A stretch of 62,959 nt of DNA, counting the filler, from Dugesia japonica (Eukaryota), in assembly GCA_001938525.1 (NCBI GenBank). It is 6 parts of 6 records of this genome, joined end to end, with 100 filler letters (N's around TTAATTAATTAA, not from the genome) between each part and the next. Parts side by side here need not be neighbours in the genome. Positions count along the whole stretch, not along the records: positions 1 to 13,577 come from MQRL01584519.1; positions 13,678 to 22,370 come from MQRL01643603.1; 4 more parts are not named here. One strand, 5' to 3'. The position numbers were made by a program, and so were the translations under genes. Of this stretch, positions 11,322 through 22,470 are shown piece after piece. Each line of letters starts with the position of its first letter. Within the stretch, counting starts at the first letter, position 1. The notes beneath the pieces are model-generated. The model searched no databases and was not told where the DNA came from. It saw only the letters and a list, made by a program, of their open reading frames with translations.

Positions 11322-13621
11322 AATTTTGTACAGATTGTATTTCTGAATTTTTGAATATAGCAGGAGTTAATAATGATTAATGACGTTTAATTATAAAACG
11401 AGAGCCGGATAGAAATTGGAACCTAAGACGGGATACAGTATAGTCCCGCTAAATCCGTAAAAATGGGGATCGTGTTACTAGAAAGAGTAACACAAGTTTC
11501 TGTGGTTGCTGGGTATCATGTCCAGACAGAAAAGATATTTGAAAGAAGATCGATTATGATAATATTAAAATTAAAGATCAAAATGGATAAGGATTAAGAT
11601 AATATCAAAAAGCCTAGCAACCCCACAGGAATTTTGGGGGCTCAGCCGGGATCCTTATTTAAACTTATCTGAGAAAGTTCTTTCAACAGATTTTAGCTGA
11701 CTCCAACTTATAAAAGCAATTAATTTAACAAGTGCGATGAAAGAATAGATCATTTGTTATTACATTAACATTTTATATGTTCGATCTTCTGGAATAATAT
11801 CTTGTGATTGGAGGTGTCCTTTATTGATTCATTCATCGAGAGTGGAGGCAAATTGTGTGGTATGTTTTGATCGATATGATGACCTTAATAATAAAATATT
11901 CCGTTACTAAGTATAATTATAAAAGATATTCAAATAAAAATAACTGAAATTTTATACGTTAATTTTAGCTTTTAACAAATATTTGTAGAAAAAATCCACA
12001 AATGAATAAAAGGACTAAATAAAAAGAAAATNACAAGAAACNGTTTTTCTATTTTCTTGAGAACTTTTAGAAATTTTTTTTTGCAATACGAATTTCAAGA
12101 GTTAATGCATATTGTAGTATAATGCATGTTTTTGTAATAATACTAATAGGAGTTGAATAAAGAAAAAATCGGAAACTTTTTTGTAGATGAAATATGAAAA
12201 ACTACATGAATACAAAAAATGTAATTTAAATGAAATATTCCAAAAGTTAAAGAATAATGGCAACTTTATAAGGATCGGATATTTATCAATTTTGTGCAAA
12301 TAAAAGAGGATATGACGACAATAAACGAGAAAGAGAAGATGAGGATCAATTCAAGGATATAAATGTACAAATAAAAGTAGAAATTGATTTTTATAAAGTA
12401 TTTAACACAATTTAGTATTTTAAGAATTTAATTAATATGCCTTCTTTTTCTTATTTGTTTTGCTTGATTTTCTTAATGGGCTTAGATAATGTTCAACCAC
12501 CACTAGACGACAAAACTGAATTTCAATAAAATGGTCAATTTTATTTTCAATAAAATAATTAATTAAAATTATAAAAACGAAATATGAAGTCCAGAAACTA
12601 ATAAGAGCTCAGGATAAAATGAATTTTTAGGAGATATGAATGGATGATCTCGGAAAGTAGTGAGAATTTGTGCATTGCTTATAATAATTATTTTGATATT
12701 TTAAATGATTTTATCTATTTATGGTTCGCTTTTTACTTAAAATTTTCGTGAATTAATTCGAAGGAAAATAATGATTTTCTAAAATAACAAAATTTAATTC
12801 ATATTTAATTTCGGTAAATAAAATCGATTATATTAAATTGCAAAAAAGAGGAAATCATTTAAATAAAAAAAACCAGTGTGGTTGTGATTCATTCGTTAAT
12901 TCCAAATTTATATTTGAATTTATTTAATCATTTATAATTTAATTGAATAAATTTTCATTCAATGGAAGGGCCGTATAAAATTTTAAAAAAAAGCTATTTA
13001 ATTTTGAGAAACTTGTACTAATATAGTATTAATATAGTAAATAAGTTTCCATTAAAATAATAGGCATCAACAACTAGAAATATACTTCACAGATTAAGTC
13101 TTGTACTGAGTAGTAACATATTCAAAAAAACAATTATCAAATAGCAGTATTACCCTAATAAATAACAAAGAAATTTTAATAAATAACCATTTAAATNTTT
13201 CAAAATCAGACTGTACAGCAATTAATTGGTTATTTCAGAATGTTATTGTATATTCACGGTGTAGGGATAAAATTAATTTTGCGTACTTATACATGGATAA
13301 CCAATTTTTATTAACTTTTGTTGAAATGTCGCTGAAAAACACTTAATACAATAACTATTATAAAGATATTTGTAATTTATGCTAAAGAATACTATGCTAA
13401 AAAANNNNNNAAAAATTTTCATAAAAGTACAAAACAAAATGGGCATTTTTGAAAATTTTAAAAAAAATACAAAAAAATAAAAAATTCTAAGTATAATACA
13501 ATAATAATATCTAAAAGACTTTTCTGTATTAATCAAAAAGATTTTTTTTTGAAAAATTTTTTGTGTTGATTTAAAAANNNNNNNNNNNNNNNNNNNNNNN
13601 NNNNNNNNNNNNNNNNNNNNN

Positions 13622-13633
13622 TTAATTAATTAA
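13622..13633. other. Artificial contig spacer TTAATTAATTAA flanked by N runs (also 22415, 31829, 43052, 54250)
   Basis: An identical 12-mer with stops in all six frames, embedded in N runs five times. Confidence 0.95.
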
Positions 13634-14469
13634 NNNNNNNNNNNNNNNNNNNNNNNNNNNNNNNNNNNNNNNNNNNNGTACATTAAGACTTGGAATATGA
13701 AATCTAATAATTAACACCAATTAATATACAACACGCTCTCCCAAATATTTTTAAATTGTTTAGACAAAATTTTAATATTCGGAAAGTCAACACTTTCATT
13801 ACACTTGTTTTTATTTTATGCTCGACAATATTACTACCACTACCAATAAGATTGTGCTCTTGAACATTTGTAAACAGACTACGGACTGCCAGTAGTGGGA
13901 AAGAATGACACGATAACAATGAGGGAGTGAGGATATTTTAACTAAGGAACCGTAATCGGGACAGTAGTTATGGCAATCGTGACTGTTTTCATAGAAACGA
14001 GCGCGAATATATGAATACAAAAAGTTTAGAAAAATATGTATTTTTAATATAATTTTTAAAATTTATTTTTGAATAATAGTGACAATACAAACTTCCAAAG
14101 TTTCTGTCCACNNNNNNNNNNNNNNNNNNNNNNNNNNNNNNNNNNNNNNNNNNNNNNNNNNTGTTCTGCCATATTTATAGGTGACTTCCACTATACTATT
14201 TTGAAAAATTATGTTTGTAATAGGATAAAGATTTTTTTCTTAGTAGAAATATAAATAAAAATTTGTGAAATGTGAAATTTCTTTATTTAATTTTGATAAT
14301 TTATTTTGAATATTATTTTAACATGGTGTGTAATAACTCATTTAAATTTTTATTATTTTAAAAATATTTTTATAAAACTATTTTTATCCAACTTTATTAT
14401 TATTATAATTTTCAGAAGATAATAAAACAATTGTAAATACTTATTTATATTAAAAACGTGATGGATGAT

Positions 14470-14616
14470 AGTAGTGTATAAATGACGGCTTTTCTGCAAG
14501 GTTCTGCCCCTTTTCTTTACCTACATGTTTGATACCTTGAAAAAATAACAATATAAAATTTTGTATTATGGAAGTAAATTGCAATACCAACGGGAAGCCG
14601 TCATTTATACAATACT
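14470..14616. mobile_element. Small MITE-like element with 22-bp terminal inverted repeats
   Basis: AGTAGTGTATAAATGACGGCTT ... AAGCCGTCATTTATACAATACT (21/22 match). Confidence 0.6.
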
Positions 14617-14737
14617 TAGGTTGATGTCTTGGTTTTTTTGATTTTTTGTTATTTTTAAAATTNNNNNNNNNNNNNNNNNNNNNNNNNNNNNNNNNNNNNN
14701 NNNNNNNNNNNNTAATAAAATTTTTTAAACAATAAAA

Positions 14738-15013
14738 ATGAAAGAATATACTTGTAATGATTGTAAAGAAACATTTGATCGTAAAATTAATTTAAATAAA
14801 CATTTAGATTTAGGTGAATGTAGATTCAAAATTAATTATGAATGATTTTGTGGTTATTGTAATTAAAAATTTAAGATTAGTAAAAATAAATTTAAACGTC
14901 TAGGTGTTGTTTATTTAAAAGAGGAAATTGAAGAAATTCCAAAAGGTCCAATTCATAAATCTAATATTAAAAGTTTTACATTTAAGAATAATTATCAATA
15001 TTATAAGAAATAG
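14738..15013 (+). pseudogene. Zinc-finger protein remnant (MKEYTCNDCKETFDRKINLNKHL; second CGYC)
   Basis: CxxC-F-x5-L-xx-H pattern read directly; internal stops. Confidence 0.55.
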
Positions 15014-15125
15014 ATTTCTGTTATTTTGTATTCCTAGAAATGCAAACGCAACCGCAAATGCAAATAGTTTTTTTNNNNNNNNNNNNNNNNNNNNNNNNNN
15101 NNNNNNNNNNNNNNNNNNNNNNNNT

Positions 15126-16406
15126 TTTCAACATTTATTTTTGAAAAATGATGTTTTGAGAATTTCACTTTCATCTGGTTCAATTAATAATTTAATGTCT
15201 TCTGGAGATATTATTTTTAAATATTTACAATCTTCAAATTCATTAGATATTTGTAACTCAATGTTGTATTTTAAAATAGAGATTGATGTTAAAGATGGAG
15301 ATAAACTAACTTTGGAAAATAATTGGTTTCCAAGTTTATTTAAATCAATGAGATTAACTTTAGGATCTTCAAATGTAGAAATAATCAACGATCCTGGAAT
15401 AGCATCAACAATATTAAATTTAATTACAACTAATTCGACTTATAAAAAGATATATGGTGAATTATCAGGTTGGTTACCAGATACAAACAAAGAAGATTTA
15501 GATGTTAGTAGCTGGGGAGCAAATATAGGTTTTTATAAAAGAAATAAACTTTATAACCNGAAAAAGAAATTTGAAGGTTATTTTCCTTTGAAAAATTTAT
15601 TTGGATTTATGCAATGTTACAACAGATTATTATATATTACAATAATTCAATTTACATGTAATAGACAAATAAATAATAAATTATTATTTTATGGAGATAA
15701 AGATAAAACAGCAACTTTAAAATTAACAACTCTTGAGTTACATTTACCAGAATTTAGATTACTTCCAAAAATGGAAGTAAATCATTTAGAAAAAATCAAT
15801 ACAAATAAATCTATTCAAGTTTCATTTTTAAATAGAATTATTTCAAAAACAACTTTAGATTCAGGAAATTATTATTCACTTAAATTAAGTAATTTATCTT
15901 ATAAATCAATATTTATATTTATAGGTGTAAAAGATTCAGAAATTTCTTATCAAAAGAATAATAATTTATTTATTCAAAGAATTTCTAAAACTGTTTAAGA
16001 AGGAACTCCGGCCGTGGAAGTAACTACTTACCATTCTCTTAAAAGTATTCAAGTACAATTGAAAATTGCATATTANCCTATAAATGAATGTAAATTTAAT
16101 ATTGATAAAAATGAAATGATTTTTCCTCATTTAAAATATTTAAATTGTTGTAAAGACTTTTTCACTGAACCACAATTATCTTAACAATAGTTTGGTGATT
16201 TATATCCGATCTTTTGTTTTGATGTTAGTTCTCAAGATGATAAGTTAAATATTAATACTGTAGATGTAACTTTACATATAACTAAGGACGGTGATTTTAA
16301 AGGAAATTTATATTGGTTTATTTTAGAAGAAAAACATATTGAAATGAAATTATCCAATTCTAAAATGATTATGATTGAAAATAAACGAGGTGAAAATTTA
16401 GGTTAA
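15126..16406 (+). pseudogene. Polinton major capsid protein (double jelly-roll / hexon-like)
   Basis: LENNWFPSLFKSMRLTLG..EIINDPG, FPLKNLFGF and C-terminal LYPIFCFDVSSQ motifs typical of Polinton/adintovirus MCPs; disrupted after 15998; 5' end lies in the N gap. Confidence 0.75.
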
Positions 16407-16507
16407 TATTTGAGCTACTGCAGTAGTCCTAAAATTCTATAATTCTAAAAAATTAATTGTGATCCGTGGGTTATATTTTTTTAATTTTAAGTTTAAAATA
16501 TATAAAA

Positions 16508-17796
16508 TGGATAATAAATGTATTTGTGAAAATTGTAACAAAATATTACTTAAAAAAAATAAATCTAGACATTTAAAAATATTTAAACAAACTGGTGGTG
16601 ATCTTCAATTTTCTAAAATAACAAGTGTAATTTTAAAACCATTTACTCGAGAAAAATATCCAGGAGAAAGACATTAATTTAAACATAATTATACAGGACC
16701 AGAAACAAGATAAGATTTAAGATTAGATTTTGAAAATAGCCCTAAACTTGGAGAAGAACCAATTAATAGAGTTGATGAATCTGCTTTAAAACATGATTTA
16801 TCTTATTAATCAGAAAACATTGGAGATAGACAATTAGCCAATGTAAATTTAACTCATGATTTAAATAAAATTGAAAACCCAACTGTTTCTGAAAAGATAC
16901 ATAGAGGTTTAGTAAAATTAACAATGAAAGATAAAATTATTTTAGGTGCTGGCCCTATTATTAAAAATAAAGAAAATGAAGGAGTTCACTTATTTCGCTC
17001 CTTACTTGAAAACGAACTTCATAAAGATTATAGAAAACCTAAAAAATATTTAAAAGTAATAATAAAAGAAAATATAATCCTTGGGGTTGTGATATTATTG
17101 ATATGGTTAAAAAATCTATTGATGGATTTAGATATATTTTGGTTTGTATTGATTTATATACAGGATTCGGTTTTTGTGTTCCAATGATTAATAAAAATCA
17201 GGAATTATGAAGAGAAGCTTATGAAAATATATTTGAAGAAAACAATAGAATTCCAAATTATATTTGGTTTGATAAAGAATCAGCAATTAGATCAAAATAT
17301 TTTTATAAATTTCTTAAAGAAAATGATATTAAATTGTATCATACAGAAATGAGGGTAAATCAGTTTTTGCTGAAAGATTTATTAAAACTTTAAAAAGTAA
17401 AATGTGGAAATATTTTACTATAGTTGGAAATCAGAAATGGAATAAAAATTTGTTAGATAAAATTGTAAATGATTATAATAATACAATTTATTCTTCTATA
17501 AAAACAACTTCAAAATATGCTAGTGAAAATCCTGAAAACATAAAAGAAATAATAAATCAACATAATCATGAAAATTATGAAAAGAAAAACAGAAATTTAA
17601 AATTGGTGATCGAGTTAAAATATTTAAATGCAAATATAAATTCGAAAAAGGTTTTACAGCTAAATGGACAAACGAAATATTTGTAGTAACTCAAGTTTAT
17701 AAAACAAAACCTTTTACTTATGAAATTACTGATTTAGAAAATAAAAAAATTTTTGGTAGATTTTATAGTAATGAACATCAGAAAACTGTTTTATAA
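16508..17796 (+). pseudogene. Zn-finger + parvovirus-type phospholipase A2 domain fused to rve integrase
   Basis: HNYTGP..PINRVDESALKHDLSY (PLA2 motifs) in frame with ELHKDYRK; then WGCD, WFDKE, AERFIKTLK (DDE) and KFKIGDRV..KGFTAKWTNEIF. Confidence 0.85.
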
Positions 17797-18163
17797 AATT
17801 TAAATTAATAAATTAAAAATGGTTAATAATTCTTTTAAATTTATTTTAAAAAGTACTTTAGAAAAATAACTTATTAAAACTGTTAAAGAAAAATTAAGAA
17901 TTAATGTAGAGATAACACAAAATAATAATATTGAAAAAGATAAAGGTAAAGAGGAGTGACAAAAGACCTAAAACATTTTGGAAATGGTTAACTACTGATA
18001 TTTCTGAATACATGTCTAAAGAAGAATTAGATGAAATTCAATTTTATAATAATGTAAATTTTATAAATGTGGGTATGCTTAATTGAACTATATTAAATAT
18101 GGGTGTTAGTAAATTGGCTAATGATTACATAAAAGATAAATCTTAATTTTTATTAAATAAAAA

Positions 18164-19178
18164 ATGTCTCAGTTAATTAGTAAAAAAGATGATACTTGGT
18201 TTGGTGAATTCTTTTTTATTAATAGCAAAACAAACCTAGCAGAAATTGATTTGTTTACAAAGGAAGTATTTATAGAAAGTAATTCATCATTAATTTGTCC
18301 ACTTAGAAAATTAATTAATACTTATAATAGAATTCCAAATAATTTATGTGTTTTAAAAGGAAGTGTATTTTTGAAATCTTNNNNNNNNNNNNNNNNNNNN
18401 NNNNNNNNNNNNNNNNNNNNNNNNNNNNNNNNNNNNNNNNNNNNNNNNNNNNNNNNNNNNNNNNNNNNNNNNNNNNNNNNNNNNNNNNNNNNNNNNNNNN
18501 NNNNNNNNNNNNNNNNNNNNNNNNNNNNNNNNNNNNNNNNNNNNNNNNNNNNNNNNNNNNNNNNNNNNNNNNNNNNNNNNNNNNNNNNNNNNNNNNNNNN
18601 NNNNNNNNNNNNNNNNNNNNNNNNNNNNNNNNNNNNNNNNNNNNNNNNNTTATTTTTTTTTTCGAACATCAAAATATAGTTCCAGATTCTTTAATTACTC
18701 CTTTGCAAGTTATTCAATGGTTTATAGAAAAAAATTATTTAACAAATAAATCAAGATCTATGGAACCCTCTAGGATTAATGTAGTTCTAAGTAATAAACC
18801 AAATGAAATTATTCCTTGTGATAAATTATCTAAACAAAAAAAGAATTTAATAATTTTTGATGATGTTGTAAATGTGATAGATCAAAAAATTCAAAAAAGT
18901 TATTTTACTAGAGGTATACATGTAAATTTTAATGTAATTTATATTACTCAAACTTATTTTCATTTAGACAAAAACTCTATTAGAAATAATTCTAATTGTT
19001 TTATATTTTTTAAATTAAATAAAACTAATAAAGATAATGTTTATTATGATTTGTTTAGTAATATATTTTCAAGTAATATGGAATATGATTACATTGGAAA
19101 ACTAAGTATAATAATTATTATTTAGATAGAGAAGCTGATGTATTAATAGAAGACTTATTTGAAGAGGAAAAAATGTGA
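18164..19178 (+). pseudogene. A32/FtsK-like DNA packaging ATPase
   Basis: Walker B LIIFDDV, YFTRGIHVNFNVIYITQTYF, SIRNNSN; Walker A probably in the N gap. Confidence 0.8.
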
Positions 19179-19299
19179 TTTGAAAGAGGTAAAGAGGATG
19201 AGAGAGGTGAAAGAGGAATTAAATGGGACCCTTTGGGATTTGGATACTAAACATAAATAAGAATAGTTTTATTATTTTTTAAAAGAAAATATCTTAAAT

Positions 19300-19833
19300 A
19301 TTAGAACAAGAATTAATTGATTTAGTAAATTCAAATAAAAGTAAATCTGTAAAAATTAATGGTAAAACTATTGGATTGGTAATACAGTTAAAGAAGAAAT
19401 AAAAAATAAATTAGGTAAAGAACATGAAGGTGGATTCACTTTCCTTGCTGCAATAATAGCTATAATTGCTAGTTTAGCATCAACAGGTGGTATTGCTACT
19501 GGAATTGCTAGTATAGTAAGTACTTCAAGAGATGCAATCAAAAAACAAAAAGAAACTGAATTAGTTGAATTACAGAAAAAAAGAAAAATTAATTCAAATA
19601 AAAAAATTAAATTCTGAATCAAATTCTATAAAAGAAGAACTTCATGATAATAAAACTAATTCTGGATCTGGACTTTATCTAAAAGCTTATCAAGGAATTG
19701 CAATTCATAAATATTTAAAAAATAGTTTACCAAACTCGGAGTTAAAAATGATTACTAAAAACTTTAAAAAAGAGTACAAGTTAAAGTGAATGGTGATGGT
19801 TTATATTTAAAACCTTATGATAATCCTAAATAA
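19300..19833 (+). pseudogene. Polinton small structural/membrane-active protein (HEGGFTFLAAIIAIIASLASTGGIATGIA; GSGLYLK, GDGLYLKPY)
   Basis: GGF followed by a hydrophobic Gly/Ala helix, plus repeated GxGLYL motifs as seen in Polinton/adintovirus virion proteins. Confidence 0.6.
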
Positions 19834-20599
19834 AATGGATAGTGAAGAAATATTAGCAAGAATAAAACTTTTGAAAGAATTAATTAAACCTCGAGATAAT
19901 TATAATAATTTATTTAGTGGTAATGTAATTGAATCAAAAACTTTAAAAGATACTTTAACTTAAGAACAACAACTTACTATTAAAGCTATTGAAAAATTAA
20001 ATACAAAACCTATAAACCTTTTTGAAAATAGAATACCATTTTTTCCTAAAAATAATTTAAATGTTGAAAATTTATGTAAAACAAATATACCTAGAAAATA
20101 TTAATGGTAAAAACTTTCAAAAAATAATGTATCCTAATCATAAAGGATCACAAACAGTAATATATTTATTTGAAGAAGAAATACATTTTTAAATAACCAA
20201 GAACTAATTCCTTATTCTGAAGAAGTAATGAATTTAATTCTAGGAAATGGAAGTAATAATTCAGNNNNNNNNNNNNNNNNNNNNNNNNNNNNNNNNNNNN
20301 NNNNNNNNNNNNNNAGAATACCATTTTTTCCTAAAAATAATTTAAATGTTGAAAATTTATGTAAAACAAATATACCTAGAAAATATTATTGGTAAAAACT
20401 TTCAAAAAATAATTTATCCTAATAATAAAGGATCACAAACAGTAATATATTTATTTGAAGAAGAAATACATTTTTAAATAACCAAGAATTAATTCCTTAT
20501 TCTGAAGAAGTAATGAATTTAATTCTAGGAAATGGAAGTAATAATTCAGAAGCAAAAGATTCTTATGTAAAAAAATAAATATTAATATAATAGCTATTA

Positions 20600-21485
20600 A
20601 TAAAGCCTACCCCTCGATAACTAATTATGCGTTGTTTTCTTTATTTGCAAAATACAGCATTTTAACCAAAAATAAAGATTTCAAAACATTATCACGTTGC
20701 ACACTCCCAACCGAAAAATTTCAAATAAATCTTTAGAAATCTGATAATTAATTCTCTTTCCACCCATACCCCTCTCATTCGCCCTAAAAAAAATTTAACA
20801 CACTTATACTACTTACAAATATAAACCAATCAAATTAAAGCCCTTAAAATAAAAAATCAAAGCACATTCGACATGAAAAAATATTCTTCATCACATTCCA
20901 ACAACCCATCAACCATTCAAATCCATTAACCCTACAGTCTCCCAAAAAAGACCCCCACGATAACTCATACGCCTGTGGCGTGGCGCCACTACCCTTCTAG
21001 CGAAATCCATCCATCCTACGCCATAAATCCTTTAGACAATTTATAGACCGAATTTTTATCCAACCACACCAAATCTTAAAAACCCCCAAAAAATTATTTC
21101 CAAGATCTCCAGCTCCCCCTCGAATCTAAATTCCAAATTAACCAATTAAAATTTAATAAAAATGAATATTTTCAAAAATTATTACTATTATAAACATTNN
21201 NNNNNNNNNNNNNNNNNNNNNNNNNNNNNNNNNNNNNNNNNNNNNNNNGACCGAATTTTTATCCAACCACAACCAAATCTTAAAAACCCCCAAAAAATTA
21301 TTTCCAAGATCTCCAGCTCCCCCTCGAGTCTAAATTCCAAATTAACCAATTAAAATTTAATAAAAATGAATATTTTCAAAAATTATTACTATTATAAACA
21401 TTAATCTTGAATAAATTAAAAAAGTCAATTCCTGACGAAGACAAGGTCGAAATATCGAATTGTTATCCAATATCAATAAAAAACC
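20600..21485 (+). mobile_element. Penelope-like element 3' remnant / pseudo-LTR
   Basis: A/C-rich strand ending in a minimal hammerhead followed by AATAAA (21475). Confidence 0.45.
21426..21462 (+). ncRNA. Minimal type I hammerhead ribozyme
   Basis: CAATTC-CTGACGA-A-GAC AAG GTC-GAAA-TATC-GAATTG: perfect 6-bp stem I, conserved core, 3-bp stem II, UC cleavage site. Confidence 0.75.
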
Positions 21486-22470
21486 AAATTTGGATCAAAA
21501 AAAAGTGAAGTATTCAAACACTTTCAACACAAACATTAAATTTCTCCAGAACAACATCACATTACATGGAAAACACTAGGAATAAGCTACATTTCTAGAT
21601 TAAATAATTTTTTATTATCACATTTACATTCGATTCCTATTGTTTGTCTTACAAATCAAAATACTCAAATATTTCTTTGTGAGTTGTCGCTTTTCTTGTT
21701 TTAATATAAGCTAATAAAGAATAAATATATTGGTCATCTTCTGAAAAACTACTAGTAAAGAAATCACCGTGTTTTTAGTTAAATAATAAGATTTTGAATA
21801 ATTAATCATATTTTTTTTATAATTTCTCTAATTTTAATTCTTAAATTGTTATCAATTTGCATGATTCTTTTTTAATAATTTATTTTGATATAAAGTTTTT
21901 ATAAATGTAAATTTTTCCTTAGAATCATCACTTTTTAAAAATTGAAAAATTTTAGCAAGTGAATAGATTTTTTAATTTTTAAAAGCTATTGTTTTCTCAA
22001 AATCGTTGAAAATGTCCAATTTTTGATGCTTTTGAGACTTACCAAAATTTGAAAACATTTTTGAGCGAACTACATTTTGAAAAAATTTGTTTGAATAAAA
22101 GTATTATTTTTAACTTATATTGAGTGATTTTGGATGATTTTGAATAAAAAATTTAAAAGCTAAATTAAGTGTAGCTACCCTTAGACTACCCTAACTTATC
22201 TACTAAGTGAGATTTAAGCGCTAAAATTTATATTTTGATATTTTTCATCACAAACCTCATTTATTTCTTTAAGGACTAACTTTGACGAATTTAGGAATTT
22301 TCTTTTACATATTTGGAGTCAGAGTAAAATTTACTATTAAAGACACTTTAATTATTGAATGTTAAAAGAANNNNNNNNNNNNNNNNNNNNNNNNNNNNNN
22401 NNNNNNNNNNNNNNTTAATTAATTAANNNNNNNNNNNNNNNNNNNNNNNNNNNNNNNNNNNNNNNNNNNN

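Larger units (their letters stand above)
8002..11688 (+). mobile_element. Putative second LTR-like family (family B) with promoter, leader and coiled-coil modules
   Basis: Starts TGTGAAA..CCAGTGAAGGAAA (cf. family A TGTTGGGG..CCAGCTGAAGGAAA) exactly where gag stops, and ends TTTCAACA. TATAAAA at 9051. Modules are related to module A. No TSD seen. Confidence 0.5.
14738..20580 (+). mobile_element. Decayed Polinton/Maverick (adintovirus-like) endogenous virus fragment
   Basis: Co-oriented, intronless capsid, PLA2-integrase, packaging ATPase and GGF-hydrophobic protein genes with stops and frameshifts. Confidence 0.88.

Noticed and set aside
20030-20549. ~235-bp direct repeat
   Set aside because: Near-identical copies flank an N gap, so probably an unmerged overlap or haplotype artefact.
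21046-21402. ~150-bp direct repeat
   Set aside because: Same gap-flanking pattern; assembly artefact likely.
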